Below are positions 26,664-39,919 of a stretch of 64,000 nucleotides of DNA, piece by piece. Origin of the DNA: the human T2T-CHM13v2.0 reference genome, Homo sapiens; assembly GCF_009914755.1 (NCBI RefSeq), contig NC_060925.1. One strand, 5' to 3'. The translations under genes were made by a program, and so were the position numbers. Position 1 is the first letter of the stretch. Every line of letters begins with the position of its first letter. The notes under the pieces were generated by a model. That model saw only the letters and a list, made by a program, of their open reading frames with translations. It did no database searches and had not been told where the DNA came from.

Positions 26664-29043
26664 TCAACTCTGTGAGTTGAATACACACAACACAAGGAAG
26701 TTACTGAGAATTCTTCTGTCTAGCAGAATATGAAGAAATCCCGTTTCCAACGAAGGCCACAAGATGTCAGAATATCCACTTACAGACTTTACAAACAGAG
26801 TGTTTCCTAACTGCTCTATTAACAGAAAGGTTAAACTCTGTGAGTTGAACGAACACATCACAACGCAGTTTGTGGGAATGATTCTGTCTAGTTTTGAAAC
26901 GAAGATATTTCCTTTTCTGCCGTTGACCTTAAAGCGCTTGAAATCTACACTTGCAAATTGCACAAAAAGAGTGTTTCAAATCTGCTCTGTCTAAGGGAAC
27001 GTTCAACTCTGTGAGTTGAATGCACACAACACAAGGAAGTTACTGGGAATTCTTCTGTCTAGCCTTACATGAAAAAAACCCGTTTCCAACGAAGGCCTCT
27101 AAGTGGTCAAAATATCCACGTGCAGACTTTACAAACAGAGTGTTTCCAAACCGCTGAATGAAAAGAAAAGTTAAACTCTGAGAGTTGAACGCACACATCA
27201 CGCAGCAGTTTCTGAGAATGATTCTGTCTAGTTTTTATACGAAGATATTTCCTTTTCTGCCTTTGGCCCCAAAGCGCTTGAAATCTCCACTTGCAAATTC
27301 CACAAAAACAGTGTTTCAAATCTGCTCTCTCTAAATGAAAGTTCAACTCTGTCAGTTGAATACACACAACACAAGGAAGTTACTGAGAATTCTTCTGTCT
27401 AGCATAATATGAAGAAATCCCGTTTCCAACGAAGGCCTCAAAGGGGTCTGAATATCCACTTGCAGACTTTATAAACAGAGTGTTTACTAACTGCTCTATG
27501 AAAAGAAAGGTTAAACTCTGTGAGTTGAACACACACATCACAAAGGAGTTTCTGAGAATCATTCTGTCTAGTTTTTCTACGAAGATATTTCCTTTTCTAC
27601 TATTGACCTGAAAGCGGCTGAAATCTCCACTTGCAAATTCCACAAAAAGAGTGTTTCAAGTCTGCTCTGTGTAAAGGATCGTTCAACTCTGTGAGTTGAA
27701 TACACACAACACAAGGAAGTTACTGAGAATTCTTCTGTCTAGCAGAATATGAAGAAATCCCGTTTTCAACGAAGGCCTCAAAGGGGTCTGAATATCCACT
27801 TGCAGACTTTACAAACAGAGTGTTTCCTAACTGCTCTATGAAAAGAAAAGTTAAACTCTGTGAGTTGAACGCACACATCACAAAGGAGTTTCTGAGAATC
27901 GTTCTGTCTAGTTTCTATAGGAAGATATTTCCTATTCTACCATTGACCTCAAAGCGTCTGAAATCTCCACTTGCAAATTCCACAAAAAGAATGTTTCAAG
28001 TCTGCTCTGTGTAAAGGATCGTTCAACTCTGTGAGTTGAATACACACAACACAAGGAAGTTACTGAGAATTATTCTGTCTAGCATAATATGAAGAAATCC
28101 CGTTTCCAACGAAGGCCTCAAAGAGGTCTGAATATCCACTTGCAGACTTTACAAACAGAGTGTTTCCTAACTGCTCTATGAACAGAAAGGTTAAACTCTG
28201 TGAGTTGAACGCACACATCACAAAGGAGTTTCTGAGAATCATTCTGTCTTGTCTTTATACGAAGATATTTACTTTTCTACCATTGACTTCAAAGCGGCTG
28301 AAATCTCCACTTGCAAATTCCACAAAAAGAGTGTTTCAAGTCTGCTCTGTGTAAAGGATCATTCAACTCTGTGAGTTGAATAAACACAACACAAGGAAGT
28401 TACTGAGAATTCTTCTGTCTAGCAGAATATGAAGAAATCCCGTTTCCAACGAAGGCCTCAAGGAGGTCTGAATATCCACTTGCAGACTTTACAAACAGAG
28501 TGTTTCCTAACTGCTCTATGAAAAGAAAGGTTAAACTCTGTGAGTTGAACGCACACATCACAAAGGAGTTTATGAGAATCATTCTGTCTAGTTTCTATAA
28601 GAAGATATTTCCTATTCTACCATTGACCTCAAAGCGGCTGAAATCTCCACTTGCAAATTCGAGAAAAAGAGTGTTTCAAGCCTGCTCTCTGTAAAGGATC
28701 CTTCAACTCTGTGAGTTGAATACACACAATACAAGGAAGTTACTGAGAATTATTCTGTCTAGCATAATATGAAGAAATCCCGTTTCCAACGAAGGCCTCA
28801 AAGAGGTCTGAATATCCACTTGCAGACTTCACAAACAGAGTGTTTCCTAACTGCTCTATGAGAAGAAAAGTTAAACTCTGTGAGTTGAACGCACACATCA
28901 CAAAAGATTTTCTGAGAATCATTCTGTCTAGTCTTTATATGAAGATAGTTTCCTTTTCTACCATTGACCTCAAAGCGGCTGAAATCTCCACTTGCAAATT
29001 CCACAAAAAGAGTGTTTCAAGTCTGCTCTGTGTAAAGGATCGT

Positions 29044-32000
29044 TCAACTCTGTGAGTTGAATACACACAACACAAGGAAGTTACTGAGAATTCTTCTGTC
29101 TAGCAGAATATGAAGAAATCCCGTTTCCAACGAAGGCCACAAGATGTCAGAATATCCACTTACAGACTTTACTAACAGAGTGTTTCCTAACTGCTCTATG
29201 AACAGAAAGGTTAAACTCTGTGAGTTGAACGAACACATCACAACGCAGTTTGTGGGAATGATTCTGTCTAGTTTTGAAACGAAGATATTTCCTTTTCTGC
29301 CGTTGACCTTAAAGCGCTTGAAATCTACACTTGCAAATTGCACAAATAGAGTGTTTCAAATCTGCTCTGTCTAAGGGAACGTTCAACTCTGTGAGTTGAA
29401 TGCACACAACACAAGGAAGTTACTGGGAATTCTTCTGTCTAGCCTTACATGAAAAAAACCCGTTTCCAACGAAGGCCTCTAAGTGGTCAAAATATCCACG
29501 TGCAGACTTTACAAACAGAGTGTTTCCAAACCGCTGAATGAAAAGAAAAGTTAAACTCTGAGAGTTGAACGCACACATCACGCAGCAGTTTCTGAGAATG
29601 ATTCTGTCTAGTTTTTATACGAAGATATTTCCTTTTCTGCCTTTGGCCCCAAAGCGCTTGAAATCTCCACTTGCAAATTCCACAAAAACAGTGTTTCAAA
29701 TCTGCTCTCTCTAAATGAAAGTTCAACTCTGTCAGTTGAATACACACAACACAAGGAAGTTACTGAGAATTCTTCTGTCTAGCATAATATGAAGAAATCC
29801 CGTTTCCAACGAAGGCCTCAAAGGGGTCTGAATATCCACTTGCAGACTTTATAAACAGAGTGTTTACTAACTGCTCTATGAAAAGAAAGGTTAAACTCTG
29901 TGAGTTGAACACACACATCACAAAGGAGTTTCTGAGAATCATTCTGTCTAGTTTTTCTACGAAGATATTTCCTTTTCTACTATTGACCTGAAAGCGGCTG
30001 AAATCTCCACTTGCAAATTCCACAAAAAGAGTGTTTCAAGTCTGCTCTGTGTAAAGGATCGTTCAACTCTGTGAGTTGAATACACACAACACAAGGAAGT
30101 TACTGAGAATTCTTCTGTCTAGCAGAATATGAAGAAATCCCGTTTTCAACGAAGGCCTCAAAGGGGTCTGAATATCCACTTGCAGACTTTACAAACAGAG
30201 TGTTTCCTAACTGCTCTATGAAAAGAAAAGTTAAACTCTGTGAGTTGAACGCACACATCACAAAGGAGTTTCTGAGAATCGTTCTGTCTAGTTTCTATAG
30301 GAAGATATTTCCTATTCTACCATTGACCTCAAAGCGTCTGAAATCTCCACTTGCAAATTCCACAAAAAGAATGTTTCAAGTCTGCTCTGTGTAAAGGATC
30401 GTTCAACTCTGTGAGTTGAATACACACAACACAAGGAAGTTACTGAGAATTATTCTGTCTAGCATAATATGAAGAAATCCCGTTTCCAACGAAGGCCTCA
30501 AAGAGGTCTGAATATCCACTTGCAGACTTTACAGAGTGTTTCCTAACTGCTCTATGAAAAGAAAAGTTAAACTCTGTGAGTTGAACGCACACATCACAAA
30601 GGAGTTTATGAGAATCATTCTGTCTAGTCTTTATACGAAGATATATCCTTTTCTACCATTGACCTCAAAGCGGCTGAAATCTCCATTTTCAAATTCCACA
30701 AAAAGAGTGTTTCAAGTCTGCTCTGTGTAAAGGATCGTTCAACTCTGTGAGTAGAATACACACAACACAAGGAAGTTACTGAGAATTCTTCTGTCTAGCA
30801 GAATATGAAGAAATCCCGTTTCCAACGAAGGCCTCAAGGAGGTCTGAATATCCACTTGCAGACTTTACAAACAGAGTGTTTCCTAACTGCTCTATGAACA
30901 GAAAGGTTAAACTCTGTGAGTTGAACGCACACATCACAAAGGAGTTTCTGAGAATCATTCTGTCTTGTCTTTATACGAAGATATTTACTTTTCTACCATT
31001 GACTTCAAAGCGGCTGAAATCTCCACTTGCAAATTCCACAAAAAGAGTGTTTCAAGTCTGCTCTGTGTAAAGGATCATTCAACTCTGTGAGTTGAATAAA
31101 CACAACACAAGGAAGTTACTGAGAATTCTTCTGTCTAGCAGAATATGAAGAAATCCCGTTTCCAACGAAGGCCTCAAGGAGGTCTGAATATCCACTTGCA
31201 GACTTTACAAACAGAGTGTTTCCTAACTGCTCTATGAAAAGAAAGGTTAAACTCTGTGAGTTGAACGCACACATCACAAAGGAGTTTATGAGAATCATTC
31301 TGTCTAGTTTCTATAAGAAGATATTTCCTATTCTACCATTGACCTCAAAGCGGCTGAAATCTCCACTTGCAAATTCGAGAAAAAGAGTGTTTCAAGCCTG
31401 CTCTCTGTAAAGGATCCTTCAACTCTGTGAGTTGAATACACACAATACAAGGAAGTTACTGAGAATTATTCTGTCTAGCATAATATGAAGAAATCCCGTT
31501 TCCAACGAAGGCCTCAAAGAGGTCTGAATATCCACTTGCAGACTTCACAAACAGAGTGTTTCCTAACTGCTCTATGAGAAGAAAAGTTAAACTCTGTGAG
31601 TTGAACGCACACATCACAAAAGATTTTCTGAGAATCATTCTGTCTAGTCTTTATATGAAGATAGTTTCCTTTTCTACCATTGACCTCAAAGCGGCTGAAA
31701 TCTCCACTTGCAAATTCCACAAAAAGAGTGTTTCAAGTCTGCTCTGTGTAAAGGATCGTTCAACTCTGTGAGTTGAATACACACAACACAAGGAAGTTAC
31801 TGAGAATTCTTCTGTCTAGCAGAATATGAAGAAATCCCGTTTCCAACGAAGGCCACAAGATGTCAGAATATCCACTTACAGACTTTACTAACAGAGTGTT
31901 TCCTAACTGCTCTATGAACAGAAAGGTTAAACTCTGTGAGTTGAACGAACACATCACAACGCAGTTTGTGGGAATGATTCTGTCTAGTTTTGAAACGAAG

Positions 32001-35000
32001 ATATTTCCTTTTCTGCCGTTGACCTTAAAGCGCTTGAAATCTACACTTGCAAATTGCACAAATAGAGTGTTTCAAATCTGCTCTGTCTAAGGGAACGTTC
32101 AACTCTGTGAGTTGAATGCACACAACACAAGGAAGTTACTGGGAATTCTTCTGTCTAGCCTTACATGAAAAAAACCCGTTTCCAACGAAGGCCTCTAAGT
32201 GGTCAAAATATCCACGTGCAGACTTTACAAACAGAGTGTTTCCAAACCGCTGAATGAAAAGAAAAGTTAAACTCTGAGAGTTGAACGCACACATCACGCA
32301 GCAGTTTCTGAGAATGATTCTGTCTAGTTTTTATACGAAGATATTCCCTTTTCTGCCTTTGGCCCCAAAGCGCTTGAAATCTCCACTTGCAAATTCCACA
32401 AAAACAGTGTTTCAAATCTGCTCTCTCTAAATGAAAGTTCAACTCTGTCAGTTGAATACACACAACACAAGGAAGTTACTGAGAATTCTTCTGTCTAGCA
32501 TAATATGAAGAAATCCCGTTTCCAACGAAGGCCTCAAAGGGGTCTGAATATCCACTTGCAGACTTTATAAACAGAGTGTTTACTAACTGCTCTATGAAAA
32601 GAAAGGTTAAACTCTGTGAGTTGAACACACACATCACAAAGGAGTTTCTGAGAATCATTCTGTCTAGTTTTTCTACGAAGATATTTCCTTTTCTACTATT
32701 GACCTCAAAGCGGCTGAAATCTCCACTTGCAAATTCCACAAAAAGAGTGTTTCAAGTCTGCTCTGTGTAAAGGATCGTTCAACTCTGTGAGTTGAATACA
32801 CACAACACAAGGAAGTTACTGAGAATTCTTCTGTCTAGCAGAATAGGAAGAAATCCCGTTTCCAACGAAGGCCTCAAAGAGGTCTGAATATCCACTTGCA
32901 GACTTTACAAACAGAGTGTTTCCTAACTGCTCTATGAAAAGAAAGGTTAAACTCTGTGAGTTGAACACACACATCACAAAGGAGTTTCTGAGAATCGTTC
33001 TGTCTAGTTTCTATAGGAAGATATTTCCTATTCTACCATTGACCTCAAAGCGGCTGAAATCTCCACTTGCAAATTCCACAAAAAGAATGTTTCAAGTCTG
33101 CTCTGTGTAAAGGATCGTTCAACTCTGTGAGTTGAATACACAGAACACAAGGAAGTTACTGAGAATTATTCTGTCTAGCAGAATATGAAGAAATCCCGTT
33201 TCCAACGAAGGCCCCAAAGAGGTCTGAATATCCACTTGCAGACTTTACAAACAGAGTGTTTCCTAACTGCTCTGTGAAAAGAAAAGTTAAACTCTGTGAG
33301 TTGAACGCACACATCACAAAGGAGTTTATGAGAATCATTCTGTCTAGTCTTTATACGAAGATATTTCCTTTTCTACCATTGACCTCAAAGCGGCTGAAAT
33401 CTCCACTTTCAAATTCCACAAAAAGAGTGTTTCAAGTTTGCTCTGTGTAAAGGATCGTTCAACTCTGTGAGTAGAATACACACAACACAAGGAAGTTACT
33501 GAGAATTCTTCTGTCTAGCAGAATATGAAGAAATCCCGTTTCCAACGAAGGCCTCAAGGAGGTCTGAATATCCACTTGCAGACTTTACAAACAGAGTGTT
33601 TCCTAACTGCTCTATGAGCAGAAAGGTTAAACTCTGTGAGTTGAACGCACACATCACAAAGGAGTTTCTGAGAATCATTCTGTCTAGTCTTTATACGAAG
33701 ATATTTACTTTTCTACCATTGACTTCAAAGCGTCTGAAATCTCCACTTGCAAATTCCAAAAAAAGAGTGTTTCAAGTCTGCTCTGTGTAAAGGATCATTC
33801 AACTCTGTGAGTTGAATAAACACAACACAAGGAAGTTACTGAGAATTCTTCTGTCTAGCAGAATATGAAGAAATCCCGTTTCCAACGAAGGCCTCAAGGA
33901 GGTCTGAATATCCACTTGCAGACTTTACAAACAGAGTGTTTCCTAACTGCTCTATGAAAAGAAAGGTTAAACTCTCTGAGTTGAACGCACACATCACAAA
34001 GGAGTTTCTGAGAATCATTCTGTCTAGTTTCTATAAGAAGATATTTCCTATTCTACCATTGACCTCAAAGCGGCTGAAATCTCCACTTGCAAATTCGACA
34101 AAAAGAGTGTTTCAAGCCTGCTCTCTGTAAAGGATCCTTCAACTCTGTGAGTTGAATACACACAACACAAGGAAGTTACTGAGAATTATTCTGTCTAGCA
34201 TAATATGAAGAAATCCCGTTTCCAACGAAGGCCTCAAAGAGGTCTGAATATCCACTTGCACACTTTACAAACAGAGTGTTTCCTAACTGCTCTATGAGAA
34301 GAAAAGTTAAACTCTGTGAGTTGAACGCACACATCACAAAAGATTTTCTGAGAATCATTCTGTCTAGTCTTTATATGAAGATAGTTTCCTTTTCTACCAT
34401 TGACCTCAAAGCGGCTGAAATCTCCACTTGCAAATTCCACAAAAAGAGTGTTTCAAGTCTGCTCTTTGTAAAGGATCGTTCAACTCTGTGAGTTGAATAC
34501 ACACAACACAAGGAAGTTACTGAGAATTCTTCTGTCTAGCAGAATATGAAGAAATCCCGTTTCCAACGAAGGCCACAAGATGTCAGAATATCCACTTACA
34601 GACTTTACAAACAGAGTGTTTCCTAACTGCTCTATGAACAGAAAGGTTAAACTCTGTGAGTTGAACGAACACATCACAACGCAGTTTGTGGGAATGATTC
34701 TGTCTAGTTTTGAAACGAAGATATTTCCTTTTCTGCCGTTGACCTTAAAGCGCTTGAAATCTACACTTGCAAATTGCACAAATAGAGTGTTTCAAATCTG
34801 CTCTGTCTAAGGGAACGTTCAACTCTGTGAGTTGAATGCACACAACACAAGGAAGTTACTGGGAATTCTTCTGTCTAGCCTTACATGAAAAAAACCCGTT
34901 TCCAACGAAGGCCTCTAAGTGGTCAAAATATCCACGTGCAGACTTTACAAACAGAGTGTTTCCAAACCGCTGAATGAAAAGAAAAGTTAAACTCTGAGAG

Positions 35001-38000
35001 TTGAACGCACACATCACGCAGCAGTTTCTGAGAATGATTCTGTCTAGTTTTTATACGAAGATATTTCCTTTTCTGCCTTTGGCCCCAAAGCGCTTGAAAT
35101 CTCCACTTGCAAATTCCACAAAAACAGTGTTTCAAATCTGCTCTCTCTAAATGAAAGTTCAACTCTGTCAGTTGAATACACACAACACAAGGAAGTTACT
35201 GAGAATTCTTCTGTCTAGCATAATATGAAGAAATCCCGTTTCCAACGAAGGCCTCAAAGGGGTCTGAATATCCACTTGCAGACTTTATAAACAGAGTGTT
35301 TACTAACTGCTCTATGAAAAGAAAGGTTAAACTCTGTGAGTTGAACACACACATCACAAAGGAGTTTCTGAGAATCATTCTGTCTAGTTTTTCTACGAAG
35401 ATATTTCCTTTTCTACTATTGACCTGAAAGCGGCTGAAATCTCCACTTGCAAATTCCACAAAAAGAGTGTTTCAAGTCTGCTCTGTGTAAAGGATCGTTC
35501 AACTCTGTGAGTTGAATACACACAACACAAGGAAGTTACTGAGAATTCTTCTGTCTAGCAGAATATGAAGAAATCCCGTTTTCAACGAAGGCCTCAAAGG
35601 GGTCTGAATATCCACTTGTAGACTTTACAAACAGAGTGTTTCCTAACTGCTCTATGAAAAGAAAAGTTAAACTCTGTGAGTTGAACGCACACATCACAAA
35701 GGAGTTTCTGAGAATCGTTCTGTCTAGTTTCTATAGGAAGATATTTCCTATTCTACCATTGACCTCAAAGCGTCTGAAATCTCCACTTGCAAATTCCACA
35801 AAAAGAATGTTTCAAGTCTGCTCTGTGTAAAGGATCGTTCAACTCTGTGAGTTGAATACACACAACACAAGGAAGTTACTGAGAATTATTCTGTCTAGCA
35901 TAATATGAAGAAATCCCGTTTCCAACGAAGGCCTCAAAGAGGTCTGAATATCCACTTGCAGACTTTACAAACAGAGTGTTTCCTAACTGCTCTATGAAAA
36001 GAAAAGTTAAACTCTGTGAGTTGAACGCACACATCACAAAGGAGTTTATGAGAATCATTCTGTCTAGTCTTTATACGAAGATATTTCCTTTTCTACCATT
36101 GACCTCAAAGCGGCTGAAATCTCCACTTTCAAATTCCACAAAAAGAGTGTTTCAAGTCTGCTCTGTGTAAAGGATCGTTCAACTCTGTGAGTAGAATACA
36201 CACAACACAAGGAAGTTACTGAGAATTCTTCTGTCTAGCAGAATATGAAGAAATCCCGTTTCCAACGAAGGCCTCAAGGAGGTCTGAATATCCACTTGCA
36301 GACTTTACAAACAGAGTGTTTCCTAACTGCTCTATGAACAGAAAGGTTAAACTCTGTGAGTTGAACGCACACATCACAAAGGAGTTTCTGAGAATCATTC
36401 TGTCTTGTCTTTATACGAAGATATTTACTTTTCTACCGTTGACTTCAAAGCGGCTGAAATCTCCACTTGCAAATTCCACAAAAAGAGTGTTTCAAGTCTG
36501 CTCTGTGTAAAGGATCATTCAACTCTGTGAGTTGAATAAACACAACACAAGGAAGTTACTGAGAATTCTTCTGTCTAGCAGAATATGAAGAAATCCCGTT
36601 TCCAACGAAGGCCTCAAGGAGGTCTGAATATCCACTTGCAGACTTTACAAACAGAGTGTTTCCTAACTGCTCTATGAAAAGAAAGGTTAAACTCTGTGAG
36701 TTGAACGCACACATCACAAAGGAGTTTATGAGAATCATTCTGTCTAGTTTCTATAAGAAGATATTTCCTATTCTACCATTGACCTCAAAGCGGCTGAAAT
36801 CTCCACTTGCAAATTCGAGAAAAAGAGTGTTTCAAGCCTGCTCTCTGTAAAGGATCCTTCAACTCTGTGAGTTGAATACACACAACACAAGGAAGTTACT
36901 GAGAATTATTCTGTCTAGCATAATATGAAGAAATCCCGTTTCCAACGAAGGCCTCAAAGAGGTCTGAATATCCACTTGCAGACTTCACAAACAGAGTGTT
37001 TCCTAACTGCTCTATGAGAAGAAAAGTTAAACTCTGTGAGTTGAACGCACACATCACAAAAGATTTTCTGAGAATCATTCTGTCTAGTCTTTATATGAAG
37101 ATAGTTTCCTTTTCTACCATTGACCTCAAAGCGGCTGAAATCTCCACTTGCAAATTCCACAAAAAGAGTGTTTCAAGTCTGCTCTGTGTAAAGGATCGTT
37201 CAACTCTGTGAGTTGAATACACACAACACAAGGAAGTTACTGAGAATTCTTCTGTCTAGCAGAATATGAAGAAATCCCGTTTCCAACGAAGGCCACAAGA
37301 TGTCAGAATATCCACTTACAGACTTTACTAACAGAGTGTTTCCTAACTGCTCTATGAACAGAAAGGTTAAACTCTGTGAGTTGAACGAACACATCACAAC
37401 GCAGTTTGTGGGAATGATTCTGTCTAGTTTTGAAACGAAGATATTTCCTTTTCTGCCGTTGACCTTAAAGCGCTTGAAATCTACACTTGCAAATTGCACA
37501 AATAGAGTGTTTCAAATCTGCTCTGTCTAAGGGAACGTTCAACTCTGTGAGTTGAATGCACACAACACAAGGAAGTTACTGGGAATTCTTCTGTCTAGCC
37601 TTACATGAAAAAAACCCGTTTCCAACGAAGGCCTCTAAGTGGTCAAAATATCCACGTGCAGACTTTACAAACAGAGTGTTTCCAAACCGCTGAATGAAAA
37701 GAAAAGTTAAACTCTGAGAGTTGAACGCACACATCACGCAGCAGTTTCTGAGAATGATTCTGTCTAGTTTTTATACGAAGATATTTCCTTTTCTGCCTTT
37801 GGCCCCAAAGCGCTTGAAATCTCCACTTGCAAATTCCACAAAAACAGAGTTTCAAATCTGCTCTCTCTAAATGAAAGTTCAACTCTGTCAGTTGAATACA
37901 CACAACACAAGGAAGTTACTGAGAATTCTTCTGTCTAGCATAATATGAAGAAATCCCGTTTCCAACGAAGGCCTCAAAGGGGTCTGAATATCCACTTGCA

Positions 38001-39919
38001 GACTTTATAAACAGAGTGTTTACTAACTGCTCTATGAAAAGAAAGGTTAAACTCTGTGAGTTGAACACACACATCACAAAGGAGTTTCTGAGAATCATTC
38101 TGTCTAGTTTTTCTACGAAGATATTTCCTTTTCTACTATTGACCTCAAAGCGGCTGAAATCTCCACTTGCAAATTCCACAAAAAGAGTGTTTCAAGTCTG
38201 CTCTGTGTAAAGGATCGTTCAACTCTGTGAGTTGAATACACACAACACAAGGAAGTTACTGAGAATTCTTCTGTCTAGCAGAATAGGAAGAAATCCCGTT
38301 TCCAACGAAGGCCTCAAAGAGGTCTGAATATCCACTTGCAGACTTTACAAACAGAGTGTTTCCTAACTGCTCTATGAAAAGAAAGGTTAAACTCTGTGAG
38401 TTGAACACACACATCACAAAGGAGTTTCTGAGAATCGTTCTGTCTAGTTTCTATAGGAAGATATTTCCTATTCTACCATTGACCTCAAAGCGGCTGAAAT
38501 CTCCACTTGCAAATTCCACAAAAAGAATGTTTCAAGTCTGCTCTGTGTAAAGGATCGTTCAACTCTGTGAGTTGAATACACACAACACAAGGAAGTTACT
38601 GAGAATTATTCTGTCTAGCAGAATATGAAGAAATCCCGTTTCCAACGAAGGCCCCAAAGAGGTCTGAATATCCACTTGCAGACTTTACAAACAGAGTGTT
38701 TCCTAACTGCTCTGTGAAAAGAAAAGTTAAACTCTGTGAGTTGAACGCACACATCACAAAGGAGTTTATGAGAATCATTCTGTCTAGTCTTTATACGAAG
38801 ATATTTCCTTTTCTACCATTGACCTCAAAGCGGCTGAAATCTCCACTTTCAAATTCCACAAAAAGAGTGTTTCAAGTCTGCTCTGTGTAAAGGATCGTTC
38901 AACTCTGTGAGTAGAATACACACAACACAAGGAAGTTACTGAGAATTCTTCTGTCTAGCAGAATATGAAGAAATCCCGTTTCCAACGAAGGCCTCAAGGA
39001 GGTCTGAATATCCACTTGCAGACTTTACAAACAGAGTGTTTCCTAACTGCTCTATGAGCAGAAAGGTTAAACTCTGTGAGTTGAACGCACACATCACAAA
39101 GGAGTTTCTGAGAATCATTCTGTCTAGTCTTTATACGAAGATATTTACTTTTCTACCATTGACTTCAAAGCGGCTGAAATCTCCACTTGCAAATTCCAAA
39201 AAAAGAGTGTTTCAAGTCTGCTCTGTGTAAAGGATCATTCAACTCTGTGAGTTGAATAAACACAACACAAGGAAGTTACTGAGAATTCTTCTGTCTAGCA
39301 GAATATGAAGAAATCCCGTTTCCAACGAAGGCCTCAAGGAGGTCTGAATATCCACTTGCAGACTTTACAAACAGAGTGTTTCCTAACTGCTCTATGAAAA
39401 GAAAGGTTAAACTCTGTGAGTTGAACGCACACATCACAAAGGAGTTTCTGAGAATCATTCTGTCTAGTTTCTATAAGAAGATATTTCCTATTCTACCATT
39501 GACCTCAAAGCGGCTGAAATCTCCACTTGCAAATTCGACAAAAAGAGTGTTTCAAGCCTGCTCTCTGTAAAGGATCCTTCAACTCTGTGAGTTGAATACA
39601 CACAACACAAGGAAGTTACTGAGAATTATTCTGTCTAGCATAATATGAAGAAATCCCGTTTCCAACGAAGGCCTCAAAGAGGTCTGAATATCCACTTGCA
39701 CACTTTACAAACAGAGTGTTTCCTAACTGCTCTATGAGAAGAAAAGTTAAACTCTGTGAGTTGAACGCACACATCACAAAAGATTTTCTGAGAATCATTC
39801 TGTCTAGTCTTTATATGAAGATAGTTTCCTTTTCTACCATTGACCTCAAAGCGGCTGAAATCTCCACTTGCAAATTCCACAAAAAGAGTGTTTCAAGTCT
39901 GCTCTGTGTAAAGGATCGT
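29044..39919 (-). repeat. Four consecutive 16-monomer units (2716, 2720, 2720, 2720 bp)
   Basis: Cassettes at 29044, 31760, 34480, 37200 and 39920 with A-H order. The first unit carries a 4-bp deletion near 30533. Confidence 0.92.
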
